A DNA stretch of 64,000 nt from Gnetum montanum (taxonomy: Eukaryota > Plantae > Gnetophyta): positions 789,731 through 853,730 of the forward strand of contig MNCI01000520.1 in assembly GCA_015680685.1 (NCBI GenBank), in the 5' to 3' direction. Position numbers and translations under genes: made by a program. This document shows, one piece after another, positions 12,298-24,500 of the stretch (within the stretch, counting starts at the first letter, position 1; the number at the start of each line of letters is the position of its first letter). The notes beneath the pieces are model-generated. The model was not told the DNA's origin, searched no databases, and saw only the letters and a program-made list of their open reading frames with translations.

Positions 12298-15200
12298 TTA
12301 TGTTGTTCTTGGTGGTGGTGGCTCCTACTACATTGGTTGCTCCTTGGGTTGCTTTCCTTTGTCATTAGGCTTCTTAAATTGACATTGACTCAACAAGGGT
12401 CTTAGCTTTTCTTCTTTTTTCCTAGGATCATGAACCATCCATGTCACTTGGGCAATTTTTTCTAACATTGGTACCTCCCAAGGACACGACAACTATAGAA
12501 ACAATTTATTTGTCTTTACATACCTTGCTATAAACGAGGTCCTTTCAACCTCAAAAGCCTTAGATAGTTTTAGTAGTTCTTGATAATTAGTCATTCTCCT
12601 AGCCAATTTTGCTACTACAACCTTTTGGTCTTGAAAACTAGCCTTTTATCACCTAGAGTTTGGAATTGGCAACATGCAACTTCTGATGAGCATCCAATCT
12701 ATCTTAAAAGTTCTTTTTATACATTGGATACATTGTGCACAGTTGTTCCAATTTAGTCATGGGTCTACTTGCAATAAACATGGCTAAGTTGGCATACCAC
12801 AAATTTGCCAAGTCCATAAATTTTGTCAAATCTTGGATTTGCAGGTCATTGTTCTTAAGCTCTGCTTGATGTATTAAGGTGAGGCTGTCCAGGATAGGCT
12901 ACCAATTTGGTAACTGTTACATTGCTAAATTGATTTTAGCTTTAGCCATATGGATTTCCCTCTCATTAACCTGTTTATACATCTCAACCTAATTTGTAAA
13001 ATGTCCTTTGAGCTTTTTATGTTTCTTGGCCTCATTTTGCATGCATTGATTTTAATGGTAGACTTTTGACATACTGCATGTACTTCCTCCATTGATAAGA
13101 TCCTATTTTCCTAGGTCAAATATTTTATGTCCAAGTTGACATGAGCAAACTGCTACCTTAGTTGATTGATGCTCTCTTTAGGAATGTGCTTCTCTTTTTC
13201 AACATTAGTTAACCTTAATTTCTCAACAAAAATATTTTTATTCTTCTCTTTTAGTGTAGCAATGGCTTTTGCATGAACATGGGTTTGTGTATTAGCAATT
13301 GAGGCATTCCATGTTGCTTTCTCTTTCTCCATCTCAAGCTGCTTTTGTCTAGCCATCAATTGGTTCATGTGATCATCTTTAAACTATTGTAGTTAGTATA
13401 GTGCTACATATCTTGTATGGTCTTGCCTCTCAATTCAGAATTGAGCTAAGTACTCTTGTAGTCTCTATATTTTTTTCTTAGCATGTTGCATTTTGGTCTT
13501 AGAAATGATCAACTTCTCTTTGGTTGAGATTAGTTTAGATTGAATTGTTGTGATATTGTTGGGGATGTCGAAAAGGTCATGCATGACTTGTCTTATTTGC
13601 ACTAGTCTGTTAAGGTTGTCTTTATGTTCTTCTAGAGACATTAATTTCTTTCCTTTGCCATTATCTTTCCCTAATGTTCTTGCTAGAGTTTGAAGATCTT
13701 TGACTCTTGAAATATCATACAGTGGCACAATAGAAACATGAAAGGATTCCTTTATGTGATTAGTAATCATCTCCATTACTTCTTGGGCATCCTTGTGTTG
13801 CATCACCACTACTATGGCTCCATCTCTTGACTCTAATGTCATTTGGAAGGATGCATTGTTCCCTAATATTTTTTATCATCTTCTTCAGCATGCAAGAAAA
13901 TTTGATTACTAGTCAGTGTGGTTGATATTGTAGGGCAACTAGCATTTTGTCTAACCTTATACATACTAAGACGTCTCTACTACCCTAGCTAATAGTTTTG
14001 GCAATTTGTTGTAAATGGCTCATAATAGGACTATAATCTCTTCTTTGAGTGGATGAAACACCGGGTCTTACTCGTTTTGCTACTAGGGTTGATCCACTAG
14101 GTCCTACTTGTTTTGTTCTTGTGGTTGGAATGTTGGCCATAGGTTTTGATCTTGTTGTAGCCTCAATGCTTAATGGATTCTCCACCTGATCTTTCTTTGG
14201 AGGCATTGGCTTGGATATTTTAGCATAAGATGCATTTTTGACTTTTCTAAGTTCATCATTAGTGTATTTCAAAATGCTTGCATGTCTACATGGTTTTCTA
14301 ATTAGGCAGGGAAATGGAAGTGTAGGCTTCCCTATTTGCATTTTTTTGAATCTTCTTTGGATTTTCAGAAATAGCAAATGAGTCATATTAGCTTGGAACT
14401 TTGCCATAAAAATAGAGTTTCCTCTAGCAACATATGTTGAAATTCTGTTAAGCCTCTTAGAGTGGAATTTTGAAATAAATGTTCTTAGTTGTGGACAATT
14501 CAGTATACTTCTTCTTAGTTGTCCCATAGGCTCTTTGCAACCAAATTTTTCTTGCATTTGTGTTAGACTTTGTAGAAATTTGGGTGATGTTGGCTTCAAC
14601 ATTTGGTAAATTGAGGGCCTTGGCAATGGCATTAACTAAACAAGGCAATGTTATGCTCTCAATTTTGATTGTCACATCATCTTTCCTATTGTGCTAAAAT
14701 TGATGTCTCTCTGAGGTACCATTCACTATTGCTAGATAGTGTGGGCCAAAAGGGTGATGTTTGCAATTACTCACAAACTTCTGTAAGCATAAACTCCATA
14801 AAAGGACCAAAATTCAATTTCACAATGACTATGGACATGATTGGTTTTTCACTAATTTCTTAGATACAGTCATGCAAGTGTGAGCTCTTGGCCTGGTTTT
14901 GGAGCAGGAGGAGGTTATGTAGCTTCTACTTGTGTGGAGTGCCTTGTTGGTGGTGTTGGCTATAGAATTAAATGAGGTTGAGGTTCCTACTCTTCAATAG
15001 AGGGCTTGTTCTCCTTCTTGTCCTCTACCTCTTCCTCTTGTTCTCTTCTCTCTAGTAGGCTATGATGGTCTTCCAGCTTCAAGGACTCTTTTTGGTAGCT
15101 TCAATGTCCTAAGTTTGTCTTTGTGAGGCACCATTCACTGTTGCTAGATAGTGTGGTCCAAAAGGATGATGTTTGTAATTGCTCACGAACTTTTGCAATT

Positions 15201-15511
15201 GAAAACTCCATAAAAGAACTAAAATTCAATTCCACAATGATTGTGGACATGATTGATTTTTCATTGATTGCTTGTATACAATCATATGCAAATGTGAGTT
15301 GTTGGTTTGGTTCTAGAGTAAGAGGAGGTTTTGTAGCTTTTGCTTGTGTGGATTGCCTTGCTGGTGGTGTTTGCTAACAAACCACATAAGATTGAGCTTC
15401 CTACTCTTTAGTAGCAAGTTGTTCTCCTATTCATCCTCTACCTCTTCCTCTTGGTCTCTTCTTTTTGGGTTATGATGGTCCTCCAGCTTTAGGTACTCTT
15501 TTTGGCAACAT
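12298..15511 (-). pseudogene. Long env-like (extra) ORF of an Athila-like element, with coiled-coil C-terminal part; disrupted
   Basis: Starts MLPKR at 15511 behind TGTGATTGCAA. Contains LPFPCLIRKPCRHASI, resembling the L.FP.LI..LC motif of Athila env-like proteins, and K/E/Q-rich helical stretches. Ends EPPPPRTT* at 12298. Sense-oriented upstream of the 3' LTR. Confidence 0.7.
14712..15510. repeat. Tandem duplication (~410 bp unit) covering the 5' end of the env-like ORF
   Basis: GAGG(T/C)ACCATTCACT(A/G)TTGCTAGATAGTGTGG at ~14713 and ~15125, colinear onward. Confidence 0.85.
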
Positions 15512-16134
15512 TTGCAATCACAAAGAACTTTGACTATCCAAAAATTCCAAAAAAATTCCTACTTTCTCATAACCTCTCATCGGATTTTGGATTTTGATTA
15601 GAATTGTAAAATATATTCAATTTTTTAAAATTAGGACTGCAAAGTTGGAATTTCATCAATTTTGGAAAAAGCCCCAATTTCAAGAGTTTGCTGAAATTTA
15701 AAAATGTTTGCAAGATTAATAATCCTGTCACTTAACCTAGATCTATTAATTGTGAATTGTGAAATGTTCATAGGAGAAAGATTTTAAGTTCATTGGTGTG
15801 AATTTGATTTAAAAATTTTAAAAATTTATTCCTAGAAGTCATAATGAAATTATTAGATCATTATTCTTCTTGTATTTCTATAGTCCAAGTGTTGGCAGAA
15901 ATTTTTGAAAATTTATGCAAGTGTTTCCCCCACGATAGAGAAGCTTCTTGTGGGAGCTTAAGGATTCAAACGGAATTGAAATTTGGTTTGGGACATGGAA
16001 CATGTGGCTCTTGGAAAATGTTATGTCCAAAAGATGACATGCAATTTGTTTGCATTTTGGCAAAAATGAAAAATTTTCCTAACGGTTGGTTCCTATATAT
16101 AGTTTTTTATAATGGAAATATTGTATATATGGTA

Positions 16135-19100
16135 TCATAGTTGATGTGAACCCCATGGAATGTGGTGAAGTCTCCCAATAATAGTGTAAGTAGGTTGGCC
16201 CACCCACCCTCTCCACCATGTCCCAGAAATCCTAGTTATTTGGGAAGGCGTCCATGCTTGACTCATAAGTCGGAGTGGCCCCCATCGTGGCAATGACCTC
16301 TTTCTATAGGTAGAAAGCATGTAGCGCAATTTGCATCGTTGGGCAACCCTGATCGAAACACCTGCTCATTACACACTTTCTAGATGCATCAAAGCAGAGC
16401 CACTGCTTGAGAATCACCATGCAATTGTAGCGGCTAGGGAATGTCCATAGCTCTCTAGACATCAAGCATGAAGGGGCATAGGTAGAGTAGGTGTTGTGCA
16501 ATTTCCATGGTAGCTTTATAGAGGGGGAAATAGGCATTAATTAGTAGTCCCCACTCTTGAAGAAAATCATGAATGGGTAGCAGATCTTGAAGTAGGATCC
16601 AAAGGAAGCATGTAATATTTTTCGGAAATTTCCCTTTTCAAGTGGTTTGCCACCCATGTGTAGCGAGGCATTTGTATTTAATGACCTTGTGTGGTTGTAC
16701 ACACATCAACCCCCATTGTGCAATCCTTTGTGTGTGATTGTAGAGGCTCTGCTAGATGTGGGAGTCTCTGGGGTTTATTGTCCAAGGCTGGTATTTGTTT
16801 GTAAGGATGCACATCCACTATGGTTGACAACCCATGAACCTATTCATAATCCCCGGGTACCCCATAAGGATGGAATTATCAAATATTAGCATCCCTAGAC
16901 AACACCCCCCCCCCCCCCCCACATAGGTCTCAGTCTGGCCACCTTCTTCCAACACACTAGATTTATATGTTCACATCCTTTCCCTCCAAACCAAATAAAG
17001 TTTCAAACAATTTTATCAACTTTGTTGATGATGCCCTTTGAAGGATTAGCAATGCAGGCCACATATCTAATAATTGTAGATAGGACCTATGATCTCTCTC
17101 TTTCTAGTACTGCTCTTCTTCTTTTGATAGCTGTTGCAGTGTGACTAGGATTACATGTTCCTCTTCCTTCAACAATTCCCCAACTTCTTGTCAAGCTTGG
17201 ATATGAAATAGCCTTTGTTGCAGTGTTGTGTGGGAAGCATTGAAAAAATATTTCTAACATTTTCATGCTTTGTATATCCTTTTTAAGGTGAGTGAGCTTG
17301 TGTTTCAGGAAATCCCTTGGGTTATTCTACAAGGGGTAATCACCCTAGATGTCCATCACTAGCTTATGCAACTAGTGTTTCATTAGCCCTGATCGTTTGA
17401 ATTTAAATGGCACAACCCCTAGTCTATTCGGTTGGTGAACCATACAAATTAGATTCTGGTGATCGGATGCCTATCTCTTGTGGCTAGTAATAGAGACCTC
17501 ATGATGAAGAAGAATTTATGTACTAACCCAGACTTTATCAATCCTTGACATGACCTAGACATGCCCTTTTCTTCTATTATTGTAGGTGAAAAGGCATCTC
17601 TTGACATCAACGTTGACCAAGTCAAAGGTTTGGAGTAATTGTAGGAACTCTTGACTACGTGGAGGAGGTTTGATGTATCCCCTAGTCTTTTCCCAAGCAT
17701 ACAAGTGGTACTTGAAGTCTCCAATCAACATCTAGGTGCAGGGATCTAGGTCATGCCCAGCAATTTTGCGGAGCTCCTATAACAAATGGCCCTAATTCTA
17801 GGGCCCATAGTAATTTGTAATCTAGATTCGTTGCAGTGGCAAAAACACTGTAAGGCTCCTGGTAGACTCATCAACGATATCAAAACATGTGGGGGAGAGG
17901 TTGGCCAACCCCCCTACCTTGCCATGGCAATCCACAAAATGAGAATACCACCCTTGCCAATGTAGAGAGTTATAATGTATGGTGTGTAGCATAGTCTCCT
18001 GGAGGTACACCATGTCACAACCTTCATCTCACACTAATTCTTTCAAGGTACTTCTTTTGTAGGGGTATCCTATCCCCTATAGTTCCATGACAAGATCTTC
18101 ATGGTCTATTGGTAGACCTTTTTTTGTACATCCCTTTGAGAGTTGTTTAAGATCCCAAATCAATATCTTGTTGTGTCTTTTTATTCTATGTTTCTTGTCC
18201 CATTGGTGTCCCCACCTTCTAGGATCTTGTGGAAATAGTAAAGCCCTAATCCTCTTCTATTAGGATCTTATGAGCGATTAGCTCAAATTGCAGCAAAGTC
18301 AACCCATGCACTATCAACAGTCATTCCCCACAAGGTAGAAGATTCCCACCAACGAAGTTGGTGTGTATACGATTGGAATACTTGCAACAACAAGAGTGGG
18401 AGGTGGAGGGGAGGCATCCCTCTCCTCATCACCACTAGATCTATGCCTAAGACCCTCCACAATAGGTTTAGGTGGAGAAACAACTGGGGAGACTTGACCC
18501 TTTTTCCTCACTAGCAATTGGCCATCCATATCTGTTTTGTTCTTAGGCCCATATGGCTTGATGCAAATTCTACAATCCTTTGTGGTGTGGTTGACCTTGC
18601 CACAAATATCACAAGACCAAGGGTCTCTCTTATGGACTTGGGCCTATTTGTCTAAGGGGACATTCTCATATTCTACATGTAGTTTTTCCTCCCTAGAGAG
18701 ATCTAGGATGACCATTTGTAGTAGATTTTTTTGGGGATAACGATCTTCATATGCAAAATCTTGTGTAGCCCATCCATTTCTACAATGTTGTGAATTTGTC
18801 AAAGAAGATGAAACTACCAAGAGGCCCACAAACATTTTTAGGAAATTAGTTGTCCAAATCTCCCAGGGCACCCTAATCCAAATGGGAGCTCTCAAGAAGA
18901 GATTGAGGTCCCTATGCATGCTAGGCCACCAATGAGTCAGGGCTAAACCCATGGCTCTAAAGAACCACGATCTCCCTCAACAAAGCTTGATCTTACTCCT
19001 CTAGACTTTGAAAGATGAGTAGGAGATCCCCAATTAGCAACCTAACTTACACATCAGTCATCCCCCATGAGGCCACAACCCAACACTTAACTAGATCCAA

Positions 19101-19540
19101 TCTTGGCCTAGCCTCGGAGGAGACAAACTTTCAAATAACACTCAACTCCATGGTGCACAACCCATTTGATGATGGAGCCTTCACCTACCATTGTAACGTC
19201 CCTCTAGAACAAGAGGCGGAATCAATACTGCCAACCCCTGAGACCTAGCTGCCAATAGGACCACCACTAGTAGCATTGTGACCCTCATTTGTCAAAGCCT
19301 TTTGCCCCAAAACCCCACCTAATGTGACATCCTTGTCAATTCCACTCAATGCACCTTTCATCACCTTGCCCCTCTCATCTTTGGAGTCCCCCTAGCCCCC
19401 CTCCTAGACTCACTATGTCAATTAAGTGGCCCTTTGCCAGTCCATCCTCCCTTGCTTCGGTCCTCACCATTGTTGCACACTTCTTGCTCCTCCCTACCTC
19501 CACCCATTATTCCAAGTTCTCACTTACACATATATGTTGA
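16135..19540 (-). mobile_element. Degenerate L1-type LINE with internally deleted RT
   Basis: ORF1 LTHWWP..RAPIWIR and knuckle CDICGKVNHTTKDC (~18571-18612); ORF2 start MKILSWNYRG at 18102; YLQET; post-RT KGIINKVDKIV*NFIWFGG at ~17000. The RT core is absent from the short gap. Confidence 0.8.
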
Positions 19541-19602
19541 TGTTATATATATCTATAAACAATGTTGTCAATCATGCTTCATATAATTTTTTTTAACTCA
19601 CT

Positions 19603-20506
19603 CAACATTACTATAAAAGGCTACGATATTGTGTCTATGATGTCATAGATACAATATTGTAGCTCAACATATGATGTTGTTGATGTGATATAGTGGGCCA
19701 TTGTTATGCATATAAACACAAGCCCACCATTTTGTCAAACTTACCTTTTGGTCCAACACTTTGCAGTTTGTTTTCATGAAGTTAGAGTTAGTTGTGAGTA
19801 CTCACACACTTGGTGAAATTCTTGCAGATTGTTTTCATGAAGTTAGAGTTAGTTGTGAGTACTCATAGTGTGGTGATTAATAGTTGTATGACATCTAGGT
19901 TTGAGTGGATTGTATTTGGACACATTCCATGATCAACAATAAAGATCAAGATTGCTTTTTTATCATTGCAGCATTTCACTTAGATCAGATTTACTTATGC
20001 AATTTATATTTTCGATGTTATTTACATTTTAATGTTTGTTAGTTAATTGGCAGAATAAGAACAACCAATTTTGAGTGCACAAATATAATCATTTGGTAAT
20101 CCAATAGTAGCTAAGCTTGATTCTCTTAATAGCTACTCACTTGGTAATCTCAATAACGGTTATATTAGCCTAAGACTTTTTCGGCAAATTGAGAATGGAT
20201 ACCGATTGTTGTTATGCTAGAATAGCTTTATGTTTACATTATTCTTAGTTAATAGAATTTGTGTTCAATTCACTATGTTTCACCTTGGTACTCTAAGAGT
20301 CATTCAACATTAGATAATCATGTACCTCACTTAAAGTTAAACCATACATTTTGAACCTTGTTAACTCTCGTGAGAAGATAATGATCATGAAGTTATCATT
20401 AGCTTGCTAGTATCCTTATATTGTTCCATCCACAGATTATGATATAGTTATGCGTGTACACATGTGACTTGTGTGGTTGGGCATTGAGAACTCTCACTGC
20501 TCATCA
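19603..20506 (+). mobile_element. LTR (family B), nearly complete, with an internal ~61-bp tandem duplication (19760-19866)
   Basis: Inverted copy of 10722-11578; ends CTCATCA at 20506. Confidence 0.8.
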
Positions 20507-20510
20507 TTAG

Positions 20511-21078
20511 GGTCATGCCTATAAATAAGAGCCTATTGTTGTGTCAAACTTACCACTTAAGGAAATATTTGTAGTTTGTTTTCATGAGCTTGGAGTTAGT
20601 TGTGAATGTCCATAGTGTAATGGTTGTATAACATTTTCATGTGAGTGGATTGTACCTGAATACATTTGATGATCAGCAATAAAGATTGAGATTGTTTTTC
20701 ATCATTAAAACATTTCACTTAGATTAGATTTACTTTTCTATGTAATTTATAGTTTCAATGTCATTAATATTTCAATATTTGTTAGTTAATTGACAAAATA
20801 AGTATGACTGATTTTGAGTGCACAAATATAAGCATTTGGTAACCTAGTAGTGGCTAAGCTTGATTTGCTTAATAGCTATTCACTTGGTAATCCCAGTTAG
20901 GGTTATATTAGCCCAGGGCATGTCCATCAAGTTAGGAACATGTGCTTATTGCCATTAGGCTAGAATAGCTTTATGTTTACATTATTCTTAATTAATAGAA
21001 TTTATATTCAATTCACTATGTTTCACCTTAGTATTCTAAGAGCCATTCAACACCAGATAATCATATACCTTACTTAGA
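20511..21078 (+). mobile_element. Second, partial family B LTR directly in tandem
   Basis: Repeats 19700-20335 from the TATA region (CCTATAAATA) onward. Confidence 0.75.
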
Positions 21079-21597
21079 TAACCTTCAATGCAGGGGTTTT
21101 GATCTGGTGTCTTGTTGTGTCCTTTGTTATTGTTAGATTGAAACTTTTGAATACCTTTTTAATGTATGTGCTATTCAGAGGGCTATTTCTGTCGGTCCTA
21201 ATCTGTGCAATAATCCTGGGTCACAAAATCTATTATATGGCTTTCTCTTTGTTCTCTCCAACACATCCCAGCTTCATCAAGTCACCTATCATTGAACCTA
21301 TCTTTTTTTTTTGGCCATGCCAAAAAGATCTCTCTAGGCTGTTGTTGTTGTTTTGGAGCTTCTTTGTTATTGATACTTCTTTGTTTTCAATAAGATATGA
21401 TGTACTTTTGGTGTTTCTCTTTCTTCATTTGTCTAGGCTGTTGCAGCTAATTGTGTATGCTTGTTCATTATATGTTGCATACTTTCATTTGCTCTTGCTC
21501 TTGATAGCTTAGTCTTATATTTTTGTTATTTTAGAAGCCTTAAATCAGTAAATAAAACAACAGAAACAGATAAAGTTGTCTTCATGTTGTGTGACAG

Positions 21598-24500
21598 ATT
21601 TCAAAATATAGAAAACCAAGGAGAGCAGCTAGATCATGGTTGAAATATACAGGAACTGCAATTGGCATTGCAGCCTGTTCCACATGGATTTTAAGCCATA
21701 GTAAGTTAATGGGGAGCTCTGATCTAGATAACCGGATCAATGAAGCTAAAGAATCAACAATTGCATTTTGGAAGAATCATGTAAAAAGTCCGGTATTGCT
21801 AAATCAATATTCTTTTTAACAACGATTTTGTTTTGAACTTAAGTTTTCTATGTTCCTGTTTTATTTAAAATAGAATTTTTCTGTTTTGGCTTTTGAGGTA
21901 TATTTTTGTTGTTTTATGTTTAATATACTGCCGTTCAATAAAGAGACTGTTTCCTGTGTTCTGTCAGCTTACTGCTATAGGCATCAACGGAATCTTTTTT
22001 GCTGGTTCTGCTAACATATATTAAAAAGAGTCATGTGCTATACCTGTAATATTATTATAATTTTCAGCTTGTTAGTGTCCTTTTAAGGAATTGTTCTCTT
22101 ATCACTGGGAAGAGCTGCCTATCTATGATGTCTTTTGAAGCACTCTTCAGGATTTTATGCGATTGGTGTTTTAATGTAGGATCTTTTAAGTTGTTAATCA
22201 GGAGCAATTGGTCATCTATGATCTGTGGTTTCCAATGTTGGAGGGAACTACATCCTTCTGAAAAAAATGAGTGCTGCTGATGGAGACCATCTATATATTG
22301 CAGTTTCTAATGTGCAGTTGTCCACCATGTTTGCCGGCTTATTATTATTTTTTATTGAACCAGATCATATCAATCAGGGATGAACTGTTTGAGACTTTTA
22401 GAAAACGTCATCAGAGTACGACAGAACTTGCAGAAGTTCACTTGACAGCAAATTCCCTTCATAGGTCATATTCATGTATTGCACGTAGTATTAGTTCTGT
22501 TTATGAATATTGATCCCAGTTTTTAAACATCATATTGAAATTTTGTTAATGCTCCAATTCTTGGTTGTAGAATGCTGCATGATTTTTGTGAAGAAGCATC
22601 TGGCAAAAAGTTACTTGCTGAAATGTCTGATCAAGAATTGATGGAAATGATGATTTCCAGGTATATTGTAAGCATTTTCCTATAACTATTGCCTTTTAGA
22701 TTAGAGCATAGGTTGGAATAAAACTAATAATACTTAAATGTATAAGTGCTTTTATTACCTTGTAGAAGGTACTATCTTCTATTTGCATCCTTGAATGTTG
22801 CGTTTAAGAAATGCATCTGATTCTTTATGGTTTCTTGGGCTAAAAAAATGCAGTTTTTTGAATAATGCAAATTGTACCTGTTGCCTGGAAGTTTTTCTTT
22901 TAAATTTTGGGTTTAGGGGGATTATTTATGGTTCATATCAGAAGCGGGTAAAGCTTTTTTGTTTGTATGACTTGAGAATTCGAGAAGCTCAATGTATTAA
23001 AATGGATAATTTATTTGCAGGTATGAAAAGGAACTTGCACATCCTCTCCAGAATCTTTTAGCTGGGGATCTGGGTCGACCTTTTCTCATTCAGGTATTTT
23101 CTATCCTCTTCTGTGCCACGTTATTGCTTGAAATGTTCCTTTCAACATGAAAATTATATTATGCCACATTTATTCATTGTGAGAGTTGTTGCTTTATGAT
23201 ATTTGCAGATACAAAAGAAGCTTGATTTAGAAGCGTAAGTTTCTCACGAGGTGATTTTAAAACATTTGTAATTTCTTAAATTTAAAGGAAGCTGTTTGGT
23301 AAACAATTCCTGTCTCTCTTAGCAGTCATGATATCATTTTGTATTTAATGTTGTACACAGGGCTATGCTTGAGCTGAATCAGATTCTCAGAGCAAATGAA
23401 ATAAACTTTGCAGTTCTTGCTGCATTACCTGCATTCTTTTTGACCTTCCTACTGGGAGCTCTGGTGCGGATATCAATTGCCAAAGTACGTTAATCTTCTT
23501 TGTTTAGTTTGGCCTGCACAAAACATTTTTTTTTTGAATATTGTTTTCTGATCTGATATTTATTTGTTTAGCTCACTTACTGGAGATAAATGATGTGTTG
23601 TGTGGATATTTCTTGTTGATTTTTGTAGTAATGCATTATTGTTGAAATTGATTTATCAAATATTTCACGATGATTGGAAACATATTATTCTGTCTGTGTA
23701 TGATATTCGGTACTCTTCATGATTTATGAGGATGTATAATTCTATGTTGAATTGACTTCTTCAAAAGCAGACAGAACATCAAACATGATTCAACACAGAA
23801 AATACAGTAAGTTATTTTTTCAAGAAAAGGGCATGGGCGATGAAAAGTATTTATGAGCTTTGTTTTATTGTGTATTAAGATTCATAGTTAAATTGAATGA
23901 AAACCATATTATGATGGTCTACAACTAATTGACTCGGGGAAGTTTTCCAGATTTTCGTTCTGGAGTGTTAGGTTATTGGTTATGTTGACATCTAAAAGGT
24001 ACATGTATAAAAGAACCATAAGAAAGGATAGTCATAGACTAAATTAATATTCCAACTATTATCAAACCAACCACCTACCGTAATTTATCAGTAGAATTTT
24101 ATGGAATAAAGCAAGGCTAGGAATGATTTGTTGTTTCTGAAAAGTTAACGAACATATTTACATCCCAAAAAGTATTTGAAGTAACCAAAACATTATAAAA
24201 TCTAAAAAGTAATAACTGCTTCATCTGGTATTAGTGAGATTGTAGGCTCTTGTTGCTCCTCATATTTTGATAAAATATAATATTTTTTCTTCTATCTTAG
24301 TTTTTATTGTTATATATATATTTTTCTGAAGGATAGGAGCAATGAAGGTAAAGGAGCTGCTGCTAGGCTTTATAGGAGATTACTCATTGGAGAGTTAGAG
24401 GAGAAAATAATTGATTATCAAGTGCTCATTGATCAAAATCAGGTAATCTTTTTTTTCCCCTTTGTTTTTCCCGGGACCAACACCGTTTAGACAAAATATG

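Noticed and set aside
10722-20506. Inverted family B repeats as TIRs of a large DNA transposon
   Set aside because: They are LTRs (one has a PPT); there is no transposase or TSD.
21099-21512. 137-aa hydrophobic ORF as a membrane protein
   Set aside because: Non-ATG start; T-rich intron-like sequence just upstream of a DGS1 acceptor.
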